Source of the DNA: the human T2T-CHM13v2.0 reference genome, Homo sapiens
Strand: one strand, 5' to 3'
NCBI RefSeq assembly: GCF_009914755.1
Contig: NC_060926.1
DNA length: 64,000 nt
Below the pieces are notes generated by a model. It saw nothing but the letters and a program-made list of their open reading frames with translations, made no database searches and was not told the DNA's origin. This document shows, piece by piece, positions 1 to 13,480 of the stretch (position 1 is its first letter; every line of letters starts with the position of its first letter). The translations under genes were made by a program, and so were the position numbers.

Positions 1-199
1 AAATGTGAAGACTCATCCTTGGTGATGCGCAGGAAACTCCTGGGCCCAGGCCATTAGAGATCCACTACTAGTTGGGGAGGGGCAGCACCACCATGATCTA
101 GGAACGCAGCAGCTGACTAAGACAGGGACAGCACCAGAACAATAGAGAATGCTACACTACATCCACCTGGCTTGCAAGTGTTTGAGTAACATGTAACAG

Positions 200-1950
200 C
201 AGGGTTACTGAGGACATGAGCATGGGACACGAGCATGAGAAGAGGGCATCTCTGAGCTTAAGGTACTAAGAGAATTTCTAAAGTTGAGGGTAGAACAGAC
301 ATTGAAGGAAACCCTCTGACAAACTGTTTGGTCCTCATCTTAAACAGAATTTAACACTAGAGGACTTTGAAGTCTACATTGCACTGAAGCTAACAACAGT
401 GAAAAAAAAAGTCTAAACCCAGCACAGTATCTGACTTGATGGACTAAACCCTACCGTCGATAAAAACCTAGCCAAAAAAAAATGTCCATTTTGAGTCATG
501 AATGTTTTTCTGTTGCCCTCACACAAGATGCCTGGGATTAAATCAAAACTTAAAACATGCAGAAGGAAATAAGAAATAAAACAACATACTGCAAATGAGA
601 AGCAAATCATCCAAACCAGATTTGTGGTTCAGATGTTGGAGCATCTGGATGGAAATTTAAGATAACTATGATTAATATGTTAAAGTTTCTATTGAAAAAG
701 CTAAACATCACACATAAAAAAAACTGGGGATTCCAGCCAGGAAGTTCAAAGAGAAGAGAGAGAAAATGTATCGAAATAAATATTTCAAGAGATGATGGCT
801 GAAATTTTCCAAATTTGATGAAACATACTCAGACCACTTAGGCTGTTATAACAAAACAATATAAACTTTGTAGTTTATAAACAGCATAAATTTATTTTGC
901 ATGGCTTTGGAGGCTCTGGAGTTCAAGATCATATTGCTGGCAGACTCAGTATGTGGTGAGGGTCTCTTTCCTGGTTCACAGATTACACCTTATCAGTGTG
1001 TCCTCATATAGTTGAAGGGGTGGGCAAACTCCCATCGGGCTCTTTTACAAGGACACTAACTCCATTCATGGGCAGAGGCCTCACAACCTGATCACCTCCT
1101 AAAGGCTCAACCTACTAACACCATCACCTTGTGGGGAAGGGTGTTAACATACAAATTTTGGGGGACAAACGTTCAGACCACAGCAGCCACCAAATCACAG
1201 ACCTATGAAGCTGTGGGACTACCAAGCATGATAAACAACAAATACATAAGGCCATAAATTTCAAATTAGTAAATAAACAGAAAAAGAAAGAACCAAGATA
1301 TATCACATACAGATTGCTGAAGACACAACATAAAAAGATCTTGAAGTCAGCCAGTAAATAAAATACATATTCCAAACAGAGAAACAAATAATATTAGAGT
1401 TCTCATCAGAAGTTATGCAAGCCAAAGGCATTGGTATAATGCCTTTAAGTGCTGAAAGATGAAAATCTGTTGGCCTAGAATTCTATATCCAGTGTAAATG
1501 CCTTTCAAAAAAATTTTTAAAAAGTATTTTTTCAGACAAACTAAAAAAGAATTCTTTGATCATACATTTTCACTATAAATAATATTAAAGAAAAATTTCA
1601 AAGTATCAGACTGCAACTTGGAACTGCAGACATATACATACATACACACATACATATAAATGAAGTGTTAGAAATTACATAAATGATGGTAAATATAAAA
1701 TTCAGTTATGTTCAGTAGCTGAAAAAATTATATCTAATCAAAAATAATAGTAACTATATATTTATGGCATATGTAAAAGTAAAAAGTGTGATAATAATTG
1801 CACAAAAATGAGAGGAATTGGTAGTCTAGCTCTGTGAGATCCTCACATTACACTTAAAGTTGTATATTATTTTAAGGTAGACTATAGCTAATTAAACACA
1901 TATAAACTAAGCCCTAGTCAACCAATACAGAGGAGTTAAAGGAGGTGAGA
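200..1950 (+). mobile_element. Ancient L1 (L1MD/L1ME-type) 5' region/ORF1 remnant, split by an MLT1A LTR
   Basis: ORF1-like stretches GAGATGATGGCTGAAATTTTCCAAATTTGATGAAA, TTCTCATCAGAAGTTATGCAAGCC and CCTAGAATTCTATATCCAG; heavily decayed; boundaries approximate. Confidence 0.65.
826..1185 (-). mobile_element. MaLR solo LTR (MLT1A-like)
   Basis: GGCTGTTATAACAAAA...GTTCAAGATC...CTGATCACCTCCTAAAGGC...TTTTGGGGGACAAACGTTCAGACCACAGCA matches the MLT1A reverse strand. Confidence 0.75.
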
Positions 1951-2868
1951 TATATGTCACACTGCCTCCTCCTGCTGTGTGTGCAGAGAGAGCTATCGTC
2001 ATTTCAAGGGAAAAATGTTCAGAAGCTCTAGGATTTATCTTGGTGATTTACTATATATTCATAAACCTTCAGGAGGTAGCTTTCAGCAAGCAGAAAATTA
2101 AGCTGCAGCCTAGCAGAGAAAATCAAGGAGGGCCCAACACTAAGTATTGTATGGAAGAGCATGACTCAGTAACTAATGTAAGGCAAAATATCTTCCTTTC
2201 CCATATACACTAAGGTAAACCCTAACAACTGACACAGCTACAAAGGACACTTAACGCAGAAGGTCTGCATTTTATGAATCACAGAAGTTGTTTTCATAAG
2301 TGCTGTGTATCCGTGATGCACTGATTAAGAAAGAGGGAGGGAGAGCATCCTTGCTGTGCTGCCTTGGAAATACGAAATAGTTCAACTGGCTTGCCTTCCT
2401 TAAAAGACACCTTTCCATCTTAAGATGTTAATAGCCAGAGCTGCTACAACTATTTCCAGGCTTGGCTTAGAGTCATATTTAGATCACTATAAGTTGGTGT
2501 TGCAAGAAACAAGTCACAAGAAAACATAAATAACCACTTCTGTCAGGGCTAAATCGATTACTTCAGGGACAGAGGAGTAAGTTACTGACTCCAAATGGAC
2601 AATGCTTAATACCTTTGTATACAGGAAGATTAACTCAAAAGCCTCTTAGCCCTGAAGATCAATTATATCCTTCTTAATATCTGGCTTATGTGAAGACAGT
2701 GGAGTTTATAACATTGCATGCCCAATAGCACCAAAAACAGACTCTTTCATCTTCAGAACAGTCATTAAATCAGGGGCATGTTTCCAATCCAAACAGTGTT
2801 CAAGCCAGCAGCTGAAGGTTTATGAATATATAGTAAATCACCAAGATAAATATTTGTGAAGAATCTAT

Positions 2869-3142
2869 CTTTTTCTTATTATGCTTTAAGTTCTAGGGTA
2901 TATGTGCACAATGTGCAGGTTTGTTACATATGTATACATGTGCCATGTTGGTGTGTTGCACCCATTAATTCATCATTTACATTAGGTATATCTCCTAATG
3001 CTATCCCTCCCCTCTCCCCACACCCCACAACAGGCCCTGGTGTGTGATGTTCCCCATCCTGTGTCCAAGTGTTCTCATTGTTCAATTCCCACCTATGAGT
3101 GAGAACATGCAGTGTTTGGTTTTCTGTCCTTGCGATCGTTTG
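2869..3142 (-). mobile_element. 5'-truncated L1PA (L1PA4/5-like) 3' end
   Basis: TTTAAGTTCTAGGGTATATGTGCACAATGTGCAGGTTTGTTACAT...TTCCCACCTATGAGTGAGAACATG is the primate L1 3'UTR reverse complement. Confidence 0.92.
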
Positions 3143-3569
3143 ATCATTTTAAGATAGAAATTTTGTTTCTCTAACACTGATCTTTCTCAAAAACAACTTT
3201 CATTCCAACACCCCTTGCCCTCCTATGTCCAGCCTGGGTCCTCTACAATTTCTAGCATATTCTCCAAATCTATAAAACATTCCCAGAGAATTTCAGACTG
3301 AACTCTGGAAGTTCTTTCTGGTTTAGAATCGGGTTTCTACTTTGGTGCCCTGGATAAAGGATCATAAAACATGTATTCATTTTTCTCCTCCTTCTATGCT
3401 GTAGAATGCTACACATGTTGCTAAAAGGAGATTGAACTAAAGATTCAGGGAGAGCCCATGGCAAATCATTGCAGTGGGGAAAAGATCGCTTTGGTGCCAC
3501 CCTGCACTGTTAAGCTCAGGTCCTTGCACATACACAGGAAGTTTCTGGGTCATGCTTCACTGTTGAGAA

Positions 3570-3835
3570 ATAGAGTTTAAGATTGGAGTTCAAGTCTAAA
3601 TTTCTGCTTCCGTGTAATTTGATGACTTGGGACAATGTGTCCATGTTCTGTGGCATCAGCTTCCTCTAAGGTTAAGTCATCCAAGAGTATTTTGTCAGAA
3701 GGCCCACATCTGAAGAATGGGCAAGGCTGAGGGCTTGAAATCCAGCCTGTCTGATTCAGTGTGTACTGTCCCTGTGCAACACTGTCTCAGAGTCACTGGG
3801 TTTTGTGAGGATTTATTCAATTAAAATATGCCTAA
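3570..3835. mobile_element. MIR fragments
   Basis: GGAGTTCAAGTCT...TGACTTGGGACAA, and opposite-orientation GGCTTGAAATCCAGCCTGTCTGATTC; degenerate. Confidence 0.45.
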
Positions 3836-4209
3836 TACAACATTAGAAGCCTTCAATAATAGAAGCTTTCAGGCTTATTGATTGCCTCATTTAAGGTCAT
3901 GACTTAACCCTTTTGTTTAAATGTAGCTCCAGGAATCCACAGAATTGGGGTTCTAGTTGTGATACTGCTTCAGCTCCTGTTTTTGACCCTGAATATTTTT
4001 TGGGATATTGACCATCACCTTCTGCTTTTTCTGATTCCAACATTTGACCTTAACTTCAGTCACTGGCTTCTGTTTTCCGAATTATCATCTAAAGAGTAAA
4101 TTTCTGTTTGAAATCCTCAGCTTTACCCTAGGTCTATAAAAAAATCTGACTTTTTCCATTTTTACTACGTTATCGTACAGATCAGTAGGTCTCGGAAGCT
4201 AAAAGCCTA

Positions 4210-4370
4210 AATTAAAATACTAGCTTCAGTATTTTTATTGTGATTTGGGGGCAGTTAACTTTGATTCTCTGTTTCCAAATCCACAGTGATACCTACCTGA
4301 AAAGTTTTCTGTGAAGGTTAGGTACAAATATTAGTGCATATAAAAGTGCTAACAATAGTTCCTGACAGAT
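4210..4370 (+). mobile_element. MIR
   Basis: TGTGATTTGGGGGCAGTTAACTT...TCTGTTTCC...ATACCTACC...TGTGAAGGTT...AAAGTGCT resembles the MIR core and 3' end. Confidence 0.55.
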
Positions 4371-6056
4371 TATAAATAAGCATAATAGTTTCCCTCCTTT
4401 GGCCAATTTCTATTAAATTTATAATTATATAAAACATAGGCAGTGCCTGGCACATTACACGTTATTACTGTTCTTACTGATTTCTTTAGCTTTCTGCACC
4501 CTTCACACTCTCCTGGATTCACATTCATATAGACAGCCACATAATTTAGGTGATTTTGGGCAGTATGACTTCCACAATTCAAATTTATAAATATCTTTTA
4601 AATGCATCTGAAACCTCCTCTTTGTTAAATAGATCTAAACACTTCTCTGCTGTCTACATCAGTCACTTGCTGCAAAGCAACCTCTATCACTACATAGAAG
4701 GGGGAGTACAAATGGCCTCTCTGTTTACTAAGCACAAATCTGCTGACATGAAAAGGTAATTTGAGAATAATGAACACTCCTTCAAGGTACACGCTGAATC
4801 TACTGTAAATTCTTCCCTTTAAGTTTACTCATCTATCAAATAGAACAGGAGGGTTTCACCTTATCTTCTGGAAATTGCTGCCAAGTGCATATATTGATTT
4901 GGCTGGACATTTAATGGGCTGGGTGTCTATTATATTTTACCACATTGGTAAATGGGGTTTATTTAATCCCATTCTCAGTTTAAAAGGTTTCAGCATTGAT
5001 AAAATCTGCAAAGACAGATGTGCAATAAATTGTGCTCCTTTAATGGAATTACTGCAGAGAACAAAATGCCAAGGAAAGATGCTTACCCCAAAGCGTGAAT
5101 TGCCTAAGATTTTCTCTACTTCACATATATTTTGAAAGAATCATTGTGACAAGTTGAATTATTTAACCCTTGTAAATACAGCTCGTCTTTTTTAAAATTA
5201 TTTTGCTCCTGTCAAAATCATTTATTCACAGGTAAAGAAAAGAGAAAGAATGGGAAATTATACCATCCATTTGATTGATTGATTCAGCAAATTGGGATAA
5301 TGCAAGTGAGATCAAATCTTCCTTTTACCAACAAGTTACCCTTCTTCCCTCCAAAATAAGCAAACTCTGCACCTCAAGTTAAAAATAAAAGCCTAAAACA
5401 GACACCTGCTCCTTCTTTCACATCTGATGATCACCAATGTACTGTATAATTTCTGCAATGCCAAATGGTGTTAGATATCTAATTTTTCATTTATATATTC
5501 CTCACCCTATCTCTCTTCATACAAATGCCCTAGGAATGATTAAATTCTGTTGCTCATCGAGCCTTCATGGAGATTGAATCTACAATAATGGTTAGTACAA
5601 ATAGTTGAACAATGTTTGTATCTTCAAAAGATTAATCCATGCTTATGGTGATCTCTTAAAAATGTAAAGTCTAGAAGAGAAAATTGGAGAAGTAAGGAAA
5701 ATATATAAATCAGTTAAAATTGGCTATTGTTTCCATTTAGTAAATTCCCATGAGATTGTGTTGTGGATACAATTTTATATTTTGCTTTAACTTGGCATAA
5801 TTTCATATGCATTTCCCCTAGTAATCAAAATTTTCTTAAAATGCATTTTTATGATTGCATAATAGTCCATTTGACAGATGCATCATCATAGTTTTAGATA
5901 TCTAGTTTTATTTATAATTTTTCCTCTTATAAGTAATGCCAGAAGAGATCCTCTGAATTTGATATTTTCCCTTAAGATATTACTGGATCAGCCTGTGTAC
6001 ATTTTTTAAGCTCTAGAGACAAATTGCCAAATGTTTTCCAAAAATATTCTAAAGTA

Positions 6057-6915
6057 CACAAAACTAGAATTCTAAAATTCAAAATCCTCTGACACGTAAA
6101 ATCTGCTCATAACTTCTTTGGTGGCAAAATATCATTTACCTGAACTTACTGTGTGTCAAAACTCACCTGAACAGATATGATGCAAGATGTCAATGCCTTC
6201 CAGGCAAAACTACTAGGAACATACCCGTAGCCAAATAAATTGAGTTTATTACTCACTGTAGCAAGAAAAAATGCACACCATAAGGAATCATAAAGTATCT
6301 CAATATGAAGGTCTTAGAATAACTTATTATAGCATTTAGGTTTTGCTTGGATGATTTGGAGAGGGTCTACGGTAGTGGGGTTAGCTCCATATTGGATGCT
6401 GTCAGAAAGCAGGGCAATTCTAAGATTGAATATCTCAGTAAATCTATAATCAGGCTAGAATAAGAATGAAGCTTTATCAATAAATAATTGGTAAATAATT
6501 ATTTACCAATAACTATAATAACAAATAAATAATTGCTTTTGTTTATGCTTAGACAAAGTTATGAAGTGACCTTGTTTGGATCACTTTATCATGGTCTCAG
6601 AGTGGCCCTGTCTGAGGTTAGTGTTCTGTGAAGTTACTTATATAAAATAATAGGCCTAACTGTAAGGGCCAGGCCAGTTTTTAAATGTCAGGGACTGCTT
6701 TTGTTTTACTTTCTTGGAGGTTCATTATGCATTTTATTTTTCTAGTTCATAAATATCCACAGATTTTGCTGCAGAAAAAACAATACTAATTATAGGATGC
6801 TGCCTCAGAGATTGCTGGTAGGTGCACATTATCTTGACTTTCTAACATCTGAAGAAAAAATGAATATTAATATACATTTGTCTCCAGGCTTTTAAGATAG
6901 AAGTACTTGAACATG
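6057..6915. mobile_element. MER46C-like Tigger-family MITE, split by an LTR
   Basis: TTTGGTGGCAAAA...ACCTGAAC in the left half and ATTTTGCTGCAGAAA...TGCTGCCTCAGA in the right half; TA at 6055-6056 and 6916-6917 (Tc1/mariner TSD). Confidence 0.65.
6181..6715 (-). mobile_element. Solo LTR (probably ERVL class, MER76/MER77-like)
   Basis: Begins TG; carries GAGTTTATTACT (reverse polyA signal); ends GGCCAGGCCAGTT...TGTCAGGGACTGCTTTT; interrupts MER46C; family tentative. Confidence 0.55.
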
Positions 6916-7703
6916 TACCATTTTATAATTGTAAATACAAATTAACTGGAAGGGCCATTTCATTGCATACTCATCAGCACTGAGTATTTTTAGAAAGCTT
7001 ATTTTACTGCATAAGCGGTTTGATGTGCACAATTCCTAACTGAATGTTTAGTATGTGGAGCTCTGATACTGGAATCAAGTATGATAAGTTACAGTCCACA
7101 AGTACTGCCGCTCCTAGGTCTCATCTGTTCATGAGTTCTGCCTGTGATCTCTCTCTATCATAGCTTAACTTCCCCACAGTCATTTCATTCAGCTCCTCTC
7201 TAAGTTCTGCAGTGTGTGTTTTAGGGGAACTAGATGGATACAGAAAAAGAGAAATCAAGACAGGAATAGGTGCTGACTAAGATACAGGACTGTAGCTGCC
7301 TCAGAAAGCAGATACTCTCCAAGAGAAAGACAAATTTTCTCTTTTCTATTTTCTATTTACTAAATTTTTCTATTTTCTATTTGCTAAAGTTTCCCATGAA
7401 CTGAAACTCACAGTAGAGAGTAAGGAAGAGAAAAACCTCTTCTTGTTCATGTACATGCCACAGGGAGTGACATATATATCAGAGGGTGACAATACTAGGA
7501 AGTGGACTAAATCTTCATATTATCTAAAATATGTTAAATAATATTAAACACATTGTAAAAACTAGTTTAAAAAATCAGTGCATTTATTTTATTGAAATGA
7601 AATAAATAAAGCATTTTGTTCGCAGGACCATGCATCTACCAGTGGTCCAAAAACCATTTACTGCCCTGAAATATCCTGGAGTGATTCTTCAACTTGTAGT
7701 ATC

Positions 7704-8890
7704 TGTGAAATTAAATAATTCAAACTTAAAGTCGTTGGAACTTTAAATTATCCTGAGCCTTGAGAGGAATATGACTATGGAGCCTGAGTCACATGGCATG
7801 CAGCTGCAACTTCTGCCTTTTTCTGTAAATAATCAGGAAAACCAGGTGGTGCCAGAGATAAGACCATCTCAGATCGTTATGTAACCGCTCAACAGGTTCG
7901 TTTTTCCCACTGCCAAGATAGAACACATTTATTAAGACAGAGGAATTGCAATAGAGAAAGAGATTAATTCACAAAAAGCTGGCTGCACAGGAGAGTGAAG
8001 TCTTATTACTCAAATCAGCCTCCTTGAAAATTTGTAGACTGGGGTTTTTAAGGATGATTATGAAGGTAGAGTGCCAAGGAGTGGGGACTGTTGATTAGTT
8101 GTCTTGGCTATTAAATTATAAGGAGTGGAAGCTGTCCTCTTGCGCTGAGGCAGCTCCTGGGTGGGGGCCACAAGATCAGATGAGCCGGTTTATGTATTTG
8201 GGTGGTGTCAGCTGATCCATCAAGTGCAGGGTCTAAAAAATATCTCAAGCACCAATCTTAGGTTTTATAATAGTGATGTTTTCCCTAGGAGCAATTGGGG
8301 AGGTTTAGAATCTTGTGGCCTCTAGCTGCATGACTCCTAAACCATAATTTCTAATCTTGAGGCTAATTAGTTAGTCCTACAAAGGCAGTCTGGCAAGAAA
8401 GGGGTTTGTTTGGGGAAAGGGCTGTTATCATCTTTGTTTCAAAGTTAAACTATAAACTAAGTTTCTCCCAAAGTTAGTTAGGCCTATGGCCAGGAATAAA
8501 CAAGGACACCTTAAAGTTTAAAAGCAAGATGGAGTCGGTTAGGTCAGATTGCTTTCAATATCATAATTTCTCACTGTTACAGTTTTTGCAGGGGAGCTTA
8601 CAGTTACAGAGGAGCTTTTTAATAATCTCATGAAGTAATAAAGTAACCTTTCTTAGAATGTATACTAGTAATCTGTAACCAATCAAATTTCTGTAATGTA
8701 TGAACTTGTATGAAAAATGTAATTCTGCTAAGATTTCTCTCTCTGCCTATATAAGTGAAACCTTAACTTCTCCATGATGGAATGCTGATCCCATTCATTT
8801 GGAGTCTTTTGCCCAGGTGGCTATCCTCAAGCTTTGTGCTTGAGTAAACTCTAAGTCATATTTTCTGAATCTCATTTTTTAAGTTTGACG
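7704..8890 (+). mobile_element. ERV1 MER4-group solo LTR, interrupted by LTR8
   Basis: Starts TGTGAAATTAAATAATTCAAACTTAAAG; after the insertion carries AACCAATC, CCTATATAAG and CTCAAGCTTTGTGCTTGAGTAAACTC in LTR order. Confidence 0.7.
7880..8602 (-). mobile_element. LTR8-family solo LTR (ERV1)
   Basis: TGTAACCG...GGAATTGCAATAGAGAAAGAG...TTATTACTCAAATCAG...AAGCAAGATGGAGTCGGTTAGGTCAG...CA; perfect 4-bp TSD GTTA at 7876-7879 and 8603-8606. Confidence 0.85.
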
Positions 8891-9495
8891 CTTCTCAAGC
8901 ATCACCCTCTGAGATGCAAATGCAGCCAACCTGTAGTAGAGCCTAGGAATCTGCAATGTGTGAATTTTGCTGTGAGGAACCATATAGTAGACTCACTTCC
9001 CCTTTGAACCAGAGAAGTGAATTCGATCTCAGTGTCTCCCATAGCCACAGGTACAGTTAACAAGAAAGTCTTGATAAATGACCTAGTGATTGGGTCAGCT
9101 TTACTGTCATGAAACGTATTGGAATATGTTCCAAAATTGACAGTAAAATACTTTGGACATGTGGCCTTGTTGTTAAAATTTAAACACAAAATATAATTTT
9201 TTTCTTGGTTTTAAAAATATAATTATTTGTAAAAAGCTTTTAGAGAGAACATTTCTATTAAGGTGGCTTTCCTAAATACATCTTCAGGATTGCAAGTAAT
9301 ATTTAGGTATTGGAAGCTATTGAAATGGCACTTTTAACCTCAATTCTCTCCTCAGAGCAGTTTGGACTATAATTTGAACTGTTTCAGAAAAAAGTCTGAT
9401 ACTGCAATTGGGTGTCAGTGTTTAGCATGTGACTTTGTCTCTGTGATTACTTTTAGGAGAATGCAAATGGCCTATAATGATCCAATGCAGAATAG

Positions 9496-10151
9496 TGTGG
9501 AGGCCAAGGGAAAACTTCTTTACCTTCAAAGTTCATGAAAAACCAGCTGGAAAACAGGCAGCTTCATAGGCAAAAAGGCATACAAATTTATTAATGTACA
9601 TGAAGAATCACAGATTGATTACCCCAGCACCCCCCCACCCCACCACCTGCTGCCTGCTGCCACCCCCAGTGAGGTACAGAAGCTTATATACCCTTATTAT
9701 AGGGGAAGGAGGAAATGGAGAATGCAGACAATTCTTTTGAGGACCAGTAAATGATTATTAGGCAGACTGAATAAACCAGAGAGACTGAAATTAACTTACA
9801 AGTGATTCACTCTGGAATTTGAATGAGCCCAAGAAGCAGGCATTCTCTTATGAAAACGTCCATCCAAGTGTGTTTGCATTCTTTAGTCTGCTTTTCAGAC
9901 AGAGATAATACAATTTCAGGGAACGAATAGAAGTTAATTGCGTTTCTTTTGGTAAGAAGCTTTTTTGGTCAGATTAGGAAATACCACAGACAGCCCCTCC
10001 CTGTGCTGGGGGTGGGGAGTAGGAAAAAGAAACAAGACAAGGTTAGAGGGACCTTGATTCTGAGGCTTATTTCTAAGGCCTTTCAATTTTAAAAAGCACT
10101 CAGCATGACCACATGGCATATTCTGGGAAATCGTTTTTTTGCACCCCAACA
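9496..10151 (-). mobile_element. MER39/MER34-group solo LTR (ERV1)
   Basis: Minus-strand start TGTTGGGGTGCAAAAAACGATTTCCCAGAATATGCC...CATGCTGAGTGCTTT; perfect TSD ATAG at 9492-9495 and 10152-10155. Confidence 0.8.
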
Positions 10152-10548
10152 ATAGACTAGCGGAGAAAACTCCTTTTGTGTTTCTCAAATGCACAAATAG
10201 AAAAAATAATCAGTGGAAGTAGGCATGGAGATAGAAAATAAAATGACTAAGAGACGATTCAAAATGATTACAAGAGAGTACAAGGAAAACAGAATATAAG
10301 CAAGTTGAGCAGTTTGCAAAAGAGGAATTTGAATAAGAACACAGACGAGGTCCATTAACTCAGGGTATTCCAGGGACATTTAGGGAACAGATAATTCAGT
10401 TGTTTCATCTACTCAGGTTTTTCCTTTCCCCTTAACTCCATTCTATAAAAGCGAAAGTAAAATGTGAATGCAGTTTAAATAAAGTTATATTCAGGTGCTG
10501 ATAGTTCACACAGCTGGCCTCCTCAGTACCAGAAAACCTACATCAGCC

Positions 10549-11139
10549 TGTAAAAGAAAAATGAAATTCTAAGCCTGTCTGAATGGACTCCTCCTCTCAG
10601 GCAAGGGCATTCTAAAGGTAACCTAAAAAACTAGTTCAGGCCATGATCAGAAGGGACTGTTGGGCATACCTTTTTACCATCAACATCAATGCAGACCTTA
10701 AGACTGATAGAACAGACTCTGTAAGCCTGATAAGAAATATTTACAATCTGTTCTCTCTGAAGCCTGCTACCTGGAGGCTTCATCTGCATGATCAAATCTT
10801 GGTCTCCACACTCCTTATTATAACCCAGACATTCCTTCCATTGATTTCGGGTCTTTAGATAATAACCGATTGCCAATCAGAAAATCTTTGATTCTGCCTA
10901 TGACCTGGAGGCCCCTGCTTCCACTTGTCCTCCCTTTCTGAACTGAACCAATGTACATCTTACATGTATTGACTGATGTCCTATGTCTCCCTAAAATGTA
11001 TAAAACCAAGTTGTGGCCTGACCACCTTGGACACATGTCATCAGGACCTCTTGAAGCTGTGTCACAGGCATGTTCTTAACCTTGGCAAAATAAACTTCTA
11101 AATTGATTGAGATCTGTCTCGGATACATTTTGGTTTACA
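10549..11139 (+). mobile_element. MER4 (MER4B/D-like) solo LTR
   Basis: TG...CA ends; GCCAATCAGAAAATCTTT, AAAATGTATAAAACCAAG, CTTGGCAAAATAAAC; TSD AGCC/AGTC (one mismatch). Confidence 0.85.
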
Positions 11140-12559
11140 AGTCCATCTAGAAAGTTGCCCATTGGTTCTCCATAGAGGAAAGAGGACATGGAAATAAAGG
11201 GGAAAAAGACGAATACATGAACCCACATGCCTCTTATGAAATAACTTTTTGGCAAGGAGCAGTTTCTTCAATTTCCTATAGAAAGTATTTCAGTCATTTT
11301 GTACTCATGGTGGCTGCTAAAGAAATCCTACTGAAGATTAAGCCATGAAGTATTTTTGTTGTTGTTACTTTTTCTAAAATTAATTTTGGATAGATTATGT
11401 ATGGTTACATATTTCAGGTCACCTTAAGTTCTTAGACACACACACTAATGTTGTTAATGAGGCCACAGTGATGCCTACAAAAATTAAGAAAATGTTCTGA
11501 ATTTTCTACAGAGATCCTAATTTTAAACACTGCTTTCTTCTGTCCTCGGGAAGCATTAAAATACTTGGAAATGCTACCATGTTATCATAACTAATGGCTG
11601 TTAAATGTTTTTTTTTTAATTCCAAGTTCAGCTTTTAGGTTTGTAAATCATTATCTTACTTTAAAATATATTCAATCAGTATAGATAACTGTCTAGTTTG
11701 AAAAATAGAATCACAGACAAGGAATGAATAGAAATATTTTAACTTTTAATCCTTTTAATCATTTTCTTTTGACAGTAAACTAGGGCCCTTGAGCTTCTAT
11801 GATTAGTTTCTCCATCTCATAAATAGTTTCTAAGTTTGAGAGAACCACATGAAAATATTATTTGACTAACAAAAATGCCAGTATTTTTTGGCTTCCCCTA
11901 TGCCATCATTTTCCCATCTGCCTGTATCTGTACCTTTAGTGTCTCCTATGTTACTTTCAAATGATAGGTTTGCAAACACATTTGAGACTAGAGAAAAATC
12001 ATCTACAACTGCAATTTCCCCTTTATCCAAACTCTCAGTCTTTTCACCCAGAACTCAGTTTAGAAAAAAGGACCATAGACAACAAAGGAAGTAAAATCAA
12101 AAGGTTGAAGGAAATATAGAATAAAAAAATACAAGATAAGCAAAGACAAAGGACAGATGAGTGAGAACAAATTTTTGAATTATATATTAATAGCAATAAT
12201 AAAAAATCATTGCCCCAAACTAAACAGCAGTATTATAGTCCAGACTTCTCTAAGAATGTCTCATTAATTTGGATTTTTTTATTAAATGTGTCAATCTATG
12301 CAAATTTTTGAATGACTATAGTATATTCATTTAAGAATATATGCTTTTTTAAAAAACCACTTGGAATAAAAAGTATTTTTTAAAATATGTTATATTCATC
12401 TCTGATTATAATATCTTATGTCTAAACATTTAAATTGAATTTTAAATTATGATTTTTAAATACTTTCTTCCAGTTAAATATTGTACAGAGCTAGGTTTAC
12501 AATATTTCTAGCCTTCTCACCATGCCAGCTCTAATCATGAAGGCTTCATATGTAACCAC

Positions 12560-12690
12560 GTGGAGGCAGAATAGAACAGTGAATAGTATTCTGCTCCAAG
12601 TGTCAGCAGAGCTCGCTTACCATTCCAATTCAGCCACTTGTTCCTTCGAGGTCTTGAGTAAGACATTTAATTTCTTTAAGACAACTTACT
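12560..12690 (+). mobile_element. MIR fragment
   Basis: TTCCAATTCAGCCACTTG...GTCTTGAGTAAGACATTTAA resembles the MIR core. Confidence 0.4.
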
Positions 12691-12777
12691 CGTCTCTAAA
12701 ACAAAGCTGAACTCTTCCAACTCACTATTTTTCCTTCATAAAAGTACAAAATATAATGTTTTAAAATAATTATTTAT

Positions 12778-13103
<326 letters not shown>

Positions 13104-13254
13104 TAAAATAATTATTTATGAATTAACCGTAAATTTACTTATATGAATATTACAATTCTCAATGAATTCACACATTATATAACACTACTAGATCTTCACT
13201 GCATGCAGACATAAAGCTGGTTATTTTATTTTCATTTTACAACCTCAGAGAGAT

Positions 13255-13480
13255 TGAATTTCCTAAAGTATGATATGCTGGTTAAAAGGTGTTACATGAA
13301 AAAAAAAGAGTGTCAATGATCAAATTAGTTTGAGAAATGCTGATATAAAGAGAGGGTCAAGATGTTCTTTATTGAAAGACTTTTCAGAGCCCTTAATATC
13401 CTAACATGTGTCGTGGATGTGTAAGATAAGGAGATACACTTTCTGAAGCATATTTGATTTCAGAATCTATGAGGAATTCC
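13255..13480. mobile_element. MER103-like hAT-Charlie element
   Basis: AGTTTGAGAAATGCTG...TTCTTTATTG...TTCAGAGCCCTTAATATCCTAA...CATATTTGA. Confidence 0.55.

Larger units (their letters stand above)
5780..6990 (-). mobile_element. Old L1 (L1ME-like) 3' fragment hosting MER46C
   Basis: GCATAATAGTCCATT...ATTACTGGATC...ATTGCCAAATGTTTTCCAAAA; the match resumes after 6917 (CCATTT...CTCATCAGCACTGAGTATT). Confidence 0.5.

Noticed and set aside
2161-2170. AP-1/ARE-like ATGACTCAGT
   Set aside because: A single 7-mer is expected by chance, and it lacks the GC needed for an NRF2 ARE.
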